Shown one piece after another: positions 15,690 through 24,050 of a DNA stretch of 26,357 bases. How positions within the stretch are numbered: the first letter of the stretch is position 1; every line of letters starts with the position of its first letter. Under the pieces are notes generated by a model that was not told where the DNA came from, did not search any database, and was given only the letters and a program-made list of their open reading frames with translations. The stretch lies in assembly GCA_030605245.1 (NCBI GenBank), contig JAUWIS010000001.1, positions 1 to 26,357 on the forward strand, in the 5' to 3' direction. Position numbers and translations under genes: made by a program. This DNA comes from Methanobacteriota archaeon. Lineage in GTDB: Archaea > Thermoplasmatota > JASEFT01 > JAUWIS01.

Positions 15690-15801
15690 CCCTTCTGATA
15701 AATATAAACATAAACATAGAGATATACAATAGATATATAAAGATTGTTATAATGAACAATATAAATATATAAATATAAATTCAGAATACAGATTATTCAA
15801 G
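15690..15801. promoter_or_regulatory. Very AT-rich divergent promoter region / possible origin flank
   Basis: Gene strand switches here; several TATATAAA/TATAAAT motifs. Confidence 0.55.
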
Positions 15802-15939
15802 ATGGAACCAATAACAATCAAAGCAAATATATGGAAAACAGGATCAAGCAATGTCGTGACTATCCCTAATAGATATATCTTAGATGGAATAATTGACAAG
15901 GATAAGCCTCTCACAATCATACTTCAAGAGCAGAATTAA
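15802..15939 (+). CDS. 45-aa AbrB/MazE/SpoVT-like DNA-binding protein (not in ORF track)
   Basis: MEPITIKANIWKTGSSNVVTIPNRYILDGII..LTIIL; the KTGxSxVVTIP pattern is typical of swapped-hairpin regulators. Confidence 0.7.
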   Translation: MEPITIKANIWKTGSSNVVTIPNRYILDGIIDKDKPLTIILQEQN

Positions 15940-16001
15940 AGTGTTAGTTTCTTTCATAGACCCTAACCCCCAAAGGATTCTGTTCTTGATTAAAAGGTTT
16001 T

Positions 16002-16122
16002 ATGTGGTGTGCCTATGGTTCCCAACAGCCATGAAACACCGCACCTATTCATTCAGTGCGACTAGCAGGGGTTCACCCCTTCGAGAATGACAAAGGTACC
16101 CACCATCCATCGGACACCACAT
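16002..16122 (+). ncRNA. Putative structured RNA or ssDNA element
   Basis: GC-richer non-coding stretch with nested stems, G-U pairs favouring the plus strand, and a long-range 9-bp complement. Confidence 0.35.
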
Positions 16123-16244
16123 TCTAATGCTGCGCAAGACTGAAAAGAAAAGGATGTGATAAAATATTATAGAAATACCTTTAATTCCAGTATTGATTAT
16201 CTTATCCTATATACTCTACACTATAGGTAATATGTGGTAATGAA

Positions 16245-16337
16245 ATGACAACTAAAACAAAAGTGATTGGAATAACATTTCTTGCGGGTATATTTCTTGG
16301 CTTCATGTTATGCATATGGGTGACAACATTATGGTAA
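16245..16337 (+). CDS. 30-aa single-TM peptide
   Basis: MTTKTKVIGITFLAGIFLGFMLCIWVTTLW*. Confidence 0.45.
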   Translation: MTTKTKVIGITFLAGIFLGFMLCIWVTTLW

Positions 16338-16363
16338 AAAAAAGAGCAAAAAACCAAGATAAA

Positions 16364-16685
16364 AAAGGGTTGCAAAATGATAGACAGGTTTTGACACGGA
16401 AAGGGTTGTAAAAAAATCAAGCTAGCGTTGTTGGCTTCACACGGAAAAGGTTGCAAAAAAAATGAAAAGGTTGCAAAAGTGGTAAAAAAAGGGTTGCAAG
16501 TTAGGGGGGGAAATAACAAACTAACCCAAACTGAGAAGCTTATTCTTGAGATGCTCAGTGAAGAATACCTGACAGTCAAACAGATAACTATAAGACGGAG
16601 ATGTACAACACAATCAATATATAAAATCATAAAACAGCTCAGAAAAAAAGGTGCAATTTCACGCAATTTCAAAAGGGTTGCAAAA
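16364..16685 (+). repeat. Six copies of AAA(G/A)GGTTG(C/T)AA(AA), iteron-like
   Basis: Copies start at 16364, 16400, 16445, 16465, 16488 and 16672. Confidence 0.8.
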
Positions 16686-17369
16686 ACCGAGGGTACTATG
16701 CAACCTCAACCGCATAAAATTCGGCTTCATGGGCAACAATGGCACATCAAAATATTACATAAAGATACCAGGCATAAAAATAATATAGGGAAGAATATAG
16801 AGTTGGATGGAAACACAGTCTTATTGCATACAAGTGCAATCTCAATATACAGTAATGTAAGTTTCTTTGGTAAGACAGTTGAAACAGCCACGTTAAGAAG
16901 TATGCGGTACTGGAATAGACTGTTTAAACGGTTAGAGAGTTTAATAAACCTAATCTTGATAAAGCCAAAATCCCATAACATAACACTTGTCAAAGCACAT
17001 TATGCAGAGGTTGACAATGAGATGGCTAAAGAGCATGAGATTAAAGGGATTAAGTTTCATGCCAGAACAACCAATGATGGTAAATGTTGGCTGGAGATTG
17101 ATAACAGTTTCAATTTTCACGAGTTAGAAACCACACACCCTAAGACTTCAATGGATGATATGCAGAAGGTAGTAAGACAGGTCAATGATTGGCGTGATAC
17201 TGATCCACCGACAAACTCAGAACTCAAAGATATCATAACAATGATTGCTCAGGAAAACAAAGAGACAGCAGCAGGCGTTAATAACATAGTCAAGATTATT
17301 CAGATATTAATTCCAAAAGAAGAAGTCAAAGGAGAGGTAGAGATAGGAAAAGCTGATTATATAGGATAA
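16428..17369 (+). CDS. wHTH protein with uncharacterised C-terminal domain; candidate replication initiator (start may be GTG 16479)
   Basis: LTQTEKLILEMLSEEYLTVKQITIRRRCTTQSIYKIIKQLRKKG is a wHTH. The replication role is inferred from context only. Confidence 0.75.
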   Translation: MLASHGKGCKKNEKVAKVVKKGLQVRGGNNKLTQTEKLILEMLSEEYLTVKQITIRRRCTTQSIYKIIKQLRKKGAISRNFKRVAKTEGTMQPQPHKIRLHGQQWHIKILHKDTRHKNNIGKNIELDGNTVLLHTSAISIYSNVSFFGKTVETATLRSMRYWNRLFKRLESLINLILIKPKSHNITLVKAHYAEVDNEMAKEHEIKGIKFHARTTNDGKCWLEIDNSFNFHELETTHPKTSMDDMQKVVRQVNDWRDTDPPTNSELKDIITMIAQENKETAAGVNNIVKIIQILIPKEEVKGEVEIGKADYIG

Positions 17370-17376
17370 GGAAACA

Positions 17377-17574
17377 ATGGAATCAGACAGGTTCAGGCCA
17401 GTATCATATTTCATACCAGTACGTAACATTAAACTTCAATGGCGATGTATTGCATGCGGACAATGGAACACAGGGGAATGGACTAATAAAGCATATTGCT
17501 CAAGATGTAATTCAAGATTGAACAGCAACACACAACCAGGAACTATAACAGGTGAAAACGAAAATGGAATATAA
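17377..17574 (+). CDS. Zinc-ribbon protein
   Basis: WRCIACG...YCSRCN. Confidence 0.7.
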   Translation: MESDRFRPVSYFIPVRNIKLQWRCIACGQWNTGEWTNKAYCSRCNSRLNSNTQPGTITGENENGI

Positions 17575-17722
17575 AGATTGTCGTGATATTGAATCTGAGA
17601 GTGTAGATGAAAATCTGGATATTATTTGCATTACAGATTTTATATATGAATTCATGGAATTATTACTCTTTGTAATATTCAAAATTTACAGAAAATATGT
17701 GAAAAATAGAGAGATAAGATGA
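17564..17722 (+). CDS. Hypothetical 52-aa protein
   Basis: Manual translation; ATGA-coupled downstream. Confidence 0.4.
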   Translation: MEYKDCRDIESESVDENLDIICITDFIYEFMELLLFVIFKIYRKYVKNREIR

Positions 17723-17877
17723 TAGATAAAATAGGATGTAGTGATTGTAGCCATTACCATCTTCATGCAATATCTTGTGAACGTGGCTCTTGTAATCCTC
17801 ATTATAATACTATTTGTAAAAATAATACTCATGGTAAACATATTATAAATGCTTTGAAGAATGGAGTTGAACAATGA
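17719..17877 (+). CDS. 52-aa Cys/His-rich microprotein
   Basis: GCSDCSHYHLHAISCERGSC...C; ATGA coupling at both ends. Confidence 0.55.
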   Translation: MIDKIGCSDCSHYHLHAISCERGSCNPHYNTICKNNTHGKHIINALKNGVEQ

Positions 17878-18170
17878 TAAAAAGCATAAAGTTTTCAAGC
17901 AACTATCCAAAATTACATAACCAGACTGAGGGTAGATTGGTTAGTGTAAAGATTATCGACTATTCAGATCTAACTAAAGAAATAATAGAGTATGACACTA
18001 AGAACATTAAAGGTGAATATTATCCATTACCAAAAACCACTCTTATACATCTTACCTTTATAGGAAACAAATTAATTCCATTTTGTACTATCAGAAGATA
18101 CACGGTTCAGAAATATAATTATTATAGGCAATCGTTACATGAATACTTTTCCCTGGATGTGACCTCATGA
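17874..18170 (+). CDS. 98-aa protein, possibly ASCH/PUA-like
   Basis: IKFSSNYPKL...PFCTIRR; resemblance recalled by eye, not verified. Confidence 0.55.
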   Translation: MIKSIKFSSNYPKLHNQTEGRLVSVKIIDYSDLTKEIIEYDTKNIKGEYYPLPKTTLIHLTFIGNKLIPFCTIRRYTVQKYNYYRQSLHEYFSLDVTS

Positions 18171-18340
18171 ACATAAAAGATAATATTGAGGCAGTATGTG
18201 ACGGTTTGAAAATATACTTTATGCTATACATTAAAGTCATACTTGTTTTTGTTATGATTGTTCTTGGACTAGCAACAGTCTGGAGTTTATTGTATATTGC
18301 TTTATCATTATTTAAGATAGTCATGGGGTGGTTTTCATGA
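18167..18340 (+). CDS. 57-aa membrane protein
   Basis: Long hydrophobic stretch; ATGA coupling at both ends. Confidence 0.55.
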   Translation: MNIKDNIEAVCDGLKIYFMLYIKVILVFVMIVLGLATVWSLLYIALSLFKIVMGWFS

Positions 18341-18477
18341 CAGAAGATAAACTCAAGACAATATGCGAAAGATGCGCTATTGCTGACATATGCGATTCAA
18401 GAGTGAAAGCAGAGAAAGCAGATATTGATTTATATTACTGTGAACACTTCAAGGCAATGGGGGATAAGAAACAATGA
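18337..18477 (+). CDS. 46-aa Cys-rich microprotein
   Basis: ICERCAIADIC...YYCEHF; ATGA coupling at both ends. Confidence 0.55.
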   Translation: MTEDKLKTICERCAIADICDSRVKAEKADIDLYYCEHFKAMGDKKQ

Positions 18478-18713
18478 AAAAGATAGGAACAAAGCAAGAG
18501 GAAAAAACCAAAGGTATACTGACATTTCTTAAATCAATCTTAAAAAAGAAATACATAAGCCGGATTTATGTATACAATGGCACACAGAAGTTTTGGGTGT
18601 CAAACCCTAAGAAGATTGAGGAATATCTTACACGAGCAAACAGTTCAGCCAGTGGTGCTCTCAATCTAAAAACCGTGCCAGGATTAATCATTAAGAAGGT
18701 GGTGTATAAATGA
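18474..18713 (+). CDS. Basic hypothetical protein
   Basis: ORF track. Confidence 0.6.
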   Translation: MKKIGTKQEEKTKGILTFLKSILKKKYISRIYVYNGTQKFWVSNPKKIEEYLTRANSSASGALNLKTVPGLIIKKVVYK

Positions 18714-18785
18714 AAGGAAGTAGGTGTAATGGGTAATGGTGTTTTAATTGCCAAAATTATAATGAATGTGTAGAGGAAGATAAGA

Positions 18786-19181
18786 GTGCAATCCACAAGA
18801 CCAAAAGCCAGCACGTTTGATACAGGCTGGGATGCCCGGAACGAGTTTGTACGTGAACTGGTATTCAGAGTACACCTATGGTTAAATGGCAACCCACAAG
18901 ATATAAAGGGATGGTTTGAGGCATTGCGTGACTTTTACAGCGTAGCATGCCCATTCATTGAAGATAGAGAAGGAATACAAGAAAAGATACAGGAGATTAA
19001 GATATTGATACACGGCAACCATACAACAGTCACAACACACTCTCGCAACTTAGACATAGCTTATGAAAAGATACGGACACTGTTTGAGATTATGCATATT
19101 GCTGTATTCAGAGCCGGCATCTATCTGCCGATATATGATAAAGAAGATCCAGGGGAAGCAGTCACAGATATAAGGTTATAG
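18786..19181 (+). CDS. Helical hypothetical protein (start uncertain)
   Basis: ORF track with GTG start; ends 1 nt before the MTase gene. Confidence 0.65.
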   Translation: MQSTRPKASTFDTGWDARNEFVRELVFRVHLWLNGNPQDIKGWFEALRDFYSVACPFIEDREGIQEKIQEIKILIHGNHTTVTTHSRNLDIAYEKIRTLFEIMHIAVFRAGIYLPIYDKEDPGEAVTDIRL

Positions 19182-19182
19182 A

Positions 19183-19830
19183 ATGGAAAAAATCAAAGTG
19201 CTTAACTTGTATGCAGGGATTGGAGGTAATAGAAAACTCTGGCCTGATAAAGAGATAGAGGTTACTGCTGTAGAAATTAATGATAAGATTGCAACAGTGT
19301 ATAAAGATTTGTTTCCAAACGATAAAGTGGTTGTTGCAGATGCGCACCAATATCTTTTGGAACATTATAAAGAGTTTGATTTCATCTGGAGCAGCCCGCC
19401 ATGTCCTACGCATTCAGGTACAAACCATTTCCTTAATGCTCAAGGTGTTGTAAGGTACCCGGACATGAAACTGTATCAGGAAATAATATTCATCAAAGCT
19501 TGGTTTCACGGTCTTTATTGTGTAGAGAACGTGATACCATATTATGAACCGCTCCTTAATCCATACATCAGTGAAAGACATTGCTTCTGGTCAAATTTCC
19601 ATATATCAAACCGTAAAAAAGATTTGAGTATATCAATCACAAACTCCAGAGCCACTACAAGAAGAACAAGAAAGCAATACCTTAAATCGCTTGAATTGTA
19701 TCATGGGTTCGATTTGTCAAAATATAAACTTTATGATAAAAGACAAGTGTTAAGGAATTGTGTTCATCCTAAATTGGGAAAGTATATCTGGGATTGTGCA
19801 TTCAAGGAGAAACAAGATAAACTCGTATAA
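19183..19830 (+). CDS. DNA cytosine-C5 methyltransferase
   Basis: Motif I LYAGIGG, motif IV SPPCPTHS, motif VI ENV. Confidence 0.92.
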   Translation: MEKIKVLNLYAGIGGNRKLWPDKEIEVTAVEINDKIATVYKDLFPNDKVVVADAHQYLLEHYKEFDFIWSSPPCPTHSGTNHFLNAQGVVRYPDMKLYQEIIFIKAWFHGLYCVENVIPYYEPLLNPYISERHCFWSNFHISNRKKDLSISITNSRATTRRTRKQYLKSLELYHGFDLSKYKLYDKRQVLRNCVHPKLGKYIWDCAFKEKQDKLV

Positions 19831-20750
19831 TGGTAAAGATACAACCAGGGAACCAGGATTATTACATGGATGGTTACTTGAAAAGTAACATGGATATAAT
19901 CAAAGATTTAATTAATGACGCAGACCATGATTTTGTAGGTATAGTGGATGGGTTCGAGGGCGTAGGAAAATCCGTACTGGCAATGCAGATTGGCTATTAT
20001 GTTGACCCATCCCTCACACTTGATAGGGTATGCTTCACATCCACAGAGTACAGGGATGCGGTCAAGAAAGCTAAGAAAGGACAGTGTGTGATATATGATG
20101 AGGCAATAACCGGCGCATTCAATCGTGAGGCTATCCAACAGATGAATGTTATCCTCATTAAGATGATGGCGCAAGTCAGACAAAAGAACCTGTTTATGCT
20201 TTTAGTGTTACCATCTTTCTTTGACCTTGACAAGAACCTGGCGCTGTGGCGTTCCAAGTTCCTGGTTCATGCAGTATACGGTAAAAGGTTTCAGCGTGGA
20301 TATTTCAAGTTTGCAAACCTGAACAAGAAGCAAGACATATATGTTAAAGGTCAAAAGACATACTACTATCCAGCAAGGGATAGCGCCTGGAACTTTAAGG
20401 GTAGGTTCACCAAACATTACACAATGCCTGAACGAGCATACAGGAATAAAAAGTCGCAGAGCTTTGAAGCTTCGGATTATCGGGTAGTCAGTGCCAGGAA
20501 AGCCAGGTCGCAGCGTGACAGCCTTATAACCATATTACTGAATATAGGATTTAAGCAGGCAGAGGTAGCATACTTCTCAGACTTATTCAATGAGGGCTTA
20601 ACCCAGCGACAAGTGGGGAATGTTGCACTCAAGTTTAAGAAATTAGAAAACAGTATAGACATTAATATACTTAAATCCATTAAGGATAAGGTTAAAGGTT
20701 TAAAGAGCCAGGAAAAGGTAAAAGATACAGCGCCACCACCAATACAATGA
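19830..20750 (+). CDS. Zot/pI-like P-loop ATPase with C-terminal HTH-like extension (putative morphogenesis ATPase)
   Basis: Walker A GFEGVGKS, Walker B VIYDE, and RQKNLFMLLVLPSFFDLDK segment typical of Zot-like viral ATPases. Confidence 0.85.
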   Translation: MVKIQPGNQDYYMDGYLKSNMDIIKDLINDADHDFVGIVDGFEGVGKSVLAMQIGYYVDPSLTLDRVCFTSTEYRDAVKKAKKGQCVIYDEAITGAFNREAIQQMNVILIKMMAQVRQKNLFMLLVLPSFFDLDKNLALWRSKFLVHAVYGKRFQRGYFKFANLNKKQDIYVKGQKTYYYPARDSAWNFKGRFTKHYTMPERAYRNKKSQSFEASDYRVVSARKARSQRDSLITILLNIGFKQAEVAYFSDLFNEGLTQRQVGNVALKFKKLENSIDINILKSIKDKVKGLKSQEKVKDTAPPPIQ

Positions 20751-20911
20751 CAGACTGCAAACATAATAAGACAGAGTTGCATTTTCATTACAGGAAAAAT
20801 TATTCTCATGGAAAAATGTCACAACAAAAACCTTATGCACCGGCAAAACTTGTCAATGAACATTGTATTGCATGCAAAAAGATAATAAGTAAATGGAGAC
20901 CAGGAAGATGA
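20747..20911 (+). CDS. 54-aa zinc-ribbon-like microprotein
   Basis: MTDCKH...HCIACKK; ATGA overlaps at both ends. Confidence 0.55.
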   Translation: MTDCKHNKTELHFHYRKNYSHGKMSQQKPYAPAKLVNEHCIACKKIISKWRPGR

Positions 20912-23172
20912 TTGAAACAGATAAAAGATACTCTAATTTTTTAAGACAGAAGTTAATTTTAGAAAAAGAGTATGGGTTTGAAAGTTTAAACCTTCCAGAT
21001 AAATTATTTGATTTTCAAAAAGCAATAACTCAATGGGCAACTAAAAGAGGTAAGGCTGCTATTTTTGCAGATACAGGATTGGGTAAGACATTTATGCAAG
21101 TAGCATGGGCTGACCAAGTAGTTAAACATACACAAAAACAAGTATTGATAATTGCTCCTCTTTGTGTAGCTGAACAGACAGTAAAGGAATCTAAAAAGAT
21201 AAATATCAAAGTTGAATATGCTAGAGAATATAAGGATGAGGATATATTAATCACTAATTATGAGATGGTACACTACTTTAAGGAATCAATCCAAGATAAT
21301 AAATTCTCAGGAATTGTATTAGATGAATCCTCAATATTGAAACATCAAGATTCAAAAACAAGATCTAAATTAATAGAACTATCTAAACATATCCCTTATA
21401 AATTATCTTGTACTGCAACACCAAGTCCAAACGACTTTATGGAATTAGGATCGCAGGCAGAGTTTTTAGGGATAATGGATTCTGTTGAAATGTTAAGTTT
21501 ATTTTTTACGCATGATGCAAGCCAGACACAAAAATGGAGATTAAAAGGTCATGCGCAAGATGAGTTTTGGAAATGGCTGAGTTCATGGTCAGTATATATT
21601 AAAAAACCATCCGATTTAAATTTTTCAGATGATGATTTCATTCTTCCAAATCTATGTATGGAAGAAGTTAAAATTGGTGGTTTCATTGACTGTCAATTTA
21701 AGACCATGCAAGACTTGCAAAGAGCAAAAAAGAAAACACTAAAAGAAAGAGTGAAAAAATGCTCACAAATAGTAAACAATAGTCAAGACCAATTCTTAGT
21801 CTGGTGTCAAAGAAATGACGAATCAAAAGAGCTACACAGATTAATTCCTGATTCTGTAGAAGTGAAAGGTAGTGATTCAATTGAAGACAAGAAGGATAAA
21901 ATTATGTCTTTCACAAATGGAAATGTAAGGGTAATGATAACAAAACCAAAGATAGCAGGATTTGGCATGAACTGGCAACATTGTAATAAGATGGCTTTTG
22001 TGGGTTTGACAGACTCATACGAACAAATATACCAGGCAATAAGAAGATGCTGGAGATTCGGTCAAAAAAAACAAGTGAATGTCTACTTTGTTGTTCATTC
22101 TGTAGAGGGTAGAATATTACAGAACATAAAAAGAAAAGAACGACAATCAGAGATTATGGCTTCAAAGTTAATCAAGCACATGGCTAATTTTCAAAAAAAA
22201 CAAGTGCTAGAGATGAATAGAGAAAAGGCAATTTATAAAACAAATATGAAAGAAGGGACTAATTGGAAATTATATCTTGGTGATTGTGTAGAAGTGACAA
22301 AAAAACTTAAAGATGAAAGTATTGATTATTCAATTTTCTCTCCCCCTTTTGCTAGCCTATACACTTATTCAAATAGCGATAGAGATATGGGGAATAACAA
22401 AACATATGAGCAATTTTGGAATCATTTTAATTATTTTATTCCACAGTTGTTTAGGGTGCTTTGTTCTGGAAGACTAGTCTCGGTTCATTGTATGAACTTA
22501 CCAACTAGTAAGGTTAGGGATGGATATATTGGGATTAGGGATTTTAGGGGAGATATAATAAGAGCATTTCAAAATATGGGTTTTATTTATCATAGTGAGG
22601 CTGTAATCTGGAAGGATCCTGTAGTTGCAATGCAACGAACCAAAGCTAGAGGATTATTATGGAAACAAATCAAGAAAGACTCTTCTAAATGCAGACAGGG
22701 AATCCCTGATTATTTATTAACTTTCAGGAAACCAGGCGAAAATAAAAAACCCATAGCACATACAGCTGATGAGTTTCCAGTTTCAAAATGGCAACATTAT
22801 GCATCTCCTTGTTGGACTGATATTAGACAGTCAAATACACTAAATGTAAAATTAGCAAGAGAAAAAAGAGATGAAAGACACATATGCCCATTACAATTAG
22901 ATTTAATTTTTAGAGCTATTGACTTATGGAGTTCTAAAGGAGATACAATACTATCGCCATTCGTAGGAATTGGGAGCGAGCTATTTGTTGCATTACAAAC
23001 TGGAAGAAAGGCTATAGGCATAGAACTTAAAGAATCATATTTCAAAATAGCTAGCGAGAATTTATCAATAGCTATGGGGATGAGTAAACTAGATTATGGG
23101 AACAACAAGGTAAGAATTAATCCACACATGGCAAAAGGAACTTATGGTAATTCAAAATTGAATGATTTTTAA
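20893..23172 (+). CDS. SF2/SNF2-like helicase fused to an amino (N4/N6) DNA methyltransferase (start may be 20908)
   Basis: ADTGLGKT, LDESS, TATP and GMNWQ helicase motifs; C-terminal SPPF and SPFVGIGS methyltransferase motifs. Confidence 0.92.
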   Translation: METRKMIETDKRYSNFLRQKLILEKEYGFESLNLPDKLFDFQKAITQWATKRGKAAIFADTGLGKTFMQVAWADQVVKHTQKQVLIIAPLCVAEQTVKESKKINIKVEYAREYKDEDILITNYEMVHYFKESIQDNKFSGIVLDESSILKHQDSKTRSKLIELSKHIPYKLSCTATPSPNDFMELGSQAEFLGIMDSVEMLSLFFTHDASQTQKWRLKGHAQDEFWKWLSSWSVYIKKPSDLNFSDDDFILPNLCMEEVKIGGFIDCQFKTMQDLQRAKKKTLKERVKKCSQIVNNSQDQFLVWCQRNDESKELHRLIPDSVEVKGSDSIEDKKDKIMSFTNGNVRVMITKPKIAGFGMNWQHCNKMAFVGLTDSYEQIYQAIRRCWRFGQKKQVNVYFVVHSVEGRILQNIKRKERQSEIMASKLIKHMANFQKKQVLEMNREKAIYKTNMKEGTNWKLYLGDCVEVTKKLKDESIDYSIFSPPFASLYTYSNSDRDMGNNKTYEQFWNHFNYFIPQLFRVLCSGRLVSVHCMNLPTSKVRDGYIGIRDFRGDIIRAFQNMGFIYHSEAVIWKDPVVAMQRTKARGLLWKQIKKDSSKCRQGIPDYLLTFRKPGENKKPIAHTADEFPVSKWQHYASPCWTDIRQSNTLNVKLAREKRDERHICPLQLDLIFRAIDLWSSKGDTILSPFVGIGSELFVALQTGRKAIGIELKESYFKIASENLSIAMGMSKLDYGNNKVRINPHMAKGTYGNSKLNDF

Positions 23173-23194
23173 AAAATGAACTAACGGAGTTAAA

Positions 23195-23782
23195 ATGATA
23201 GACAACCAAAACCAAAACCAAAACCAAAACCCAAACCAGGAACAGCACGAATATGAAACACAGATGTATAAACCAATGACTGACGATTATAATACTGTCA
23301 GGTTACGTCTTGATCCAACACCCACGCTTGACATGCTCCGGCATAGTTTACTCAGGGAATTCTATAGTGAGAAAGATGAGAAATGGTTGAACCCTAGGAA
23401 ACTCAGACCAATGCTAACACAAGAGGGAGTGGAAGATTTAATGATAGATCTCTGTGCGAGAATGTCAGTAGACAAGGTACTTGGCAATATCAAAGACATG
23501 GAATTCAATAACATCTTAAGAGAGATTGGCGAATCTATCTTAGGGTTTATCATGTTCAACTCTGAGAAATATGAGATACAGGAAGCAGATGTTGAACGTG
23601 TGTTCTATATAACAATGCACAGTGTAAGAATATTCTTAAGCAGAGCCAGGGGTGGTGTTGAAAATATCCATATCACGAAACAGATGCAGTACAGGGAAGT
23701 CAAGACAGCTAGGGATATGACACAACCACAACAGACACAGGCACCATTTGGTAAGTTTTTCGGTGGTGGTGGTAGGCAATGA
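23195..23782 (+). CDS. Hypothetical protein with N-terminal NQ repeat
   Basis: ORF track; (AACCAA)4 at 23204-23227. Confidence 0.8.
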   Translation: MIDNQNQNQNQNPNQEQHEYETQMYKPMTDDYNTVRLRLDPTPTLDMLRHSLLREFYSEKDEKWLNPRKLRPMLTQEGVEDLMIDLCARMSVDKVLGNIKDMEFNNILREIGESILGFIMFNSEKYEIQEADVERVFYITMHSVRIFLSRARGGVENIHITKQMQYREVKTARDMTQPQQTQAPFGKFFGGGGRQ

Positions 23783-23892
23783 CAACATGCAACGACTGCA
23801 ACAGTTATAATAAATGTGGTATAGACAATCTGGCATCGTGCCAGATGTTTCAGGACAAGACTGAACTAGAGGATGATGATGAGGAAGAATGA
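23779..23892 (+). CDS. 37-aa Cys-rich acidic microprotein
   Basis: MTTCNDCNSYNKC...C...DDDEEE*; ATGA coupling. Confidence 0.55.
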   Translation: MTTCNDCNSYNKCGIDNLASCQMFQDKTELEDDDEEE

Positions 23893-24050
23893 TGCCAAAC
23901 TGTGAAGGGTGTAAGGAGAATCTGCAAATAGCTTATAATTGGCAGAAAATGGGTTATTGTGTGGCTACAAGTCCATCAAAACCTGAATGTTACCCATTCG
24001 GCAGGCACCATTATTCAGTCTGGATAGTAGACGATGAGGGGAGAGAATGA
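23889..24050 (+). CDS. 53-aa Cys-rich microprotein
   Basis: PNCEGC...YC...EC; ATGA coupling at both ends. Confidence 0.55.
   Translation: MMPNCEGCKENLQIAYNWQKMGYCVATSPSKPECYPFGRHHYSVWIVDDEGRE

Noticed and set aside
16002-16122. Hammerhead ribozyme or tRNA
   Set aside because: No CUGANGA core positioned with GAAA, and no cloverleaf or T-loop consensus.
18710-18820. Cys-rich ORF with an internal TAA (MKGSRCNG*WCFNC...) as a pseudogene
   Set aside because: Too short to distinguish from chance without homologues or reads.
2933-22000. Many 60-110 aa antisense ORFs in the track (e.g. 2933-3205, 5849-6121, 16202-16672, 19908-20183)
   Set aside because: They are shadows of longer, motif-bearing genes on the opposite strand and lack RBS or coupling.
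23204-23239. (AACCAA)n microsatellite as a phase-variation switch
   Set aside because: The unit is 6 nt and in frame, so length change only alters an NQ linker.
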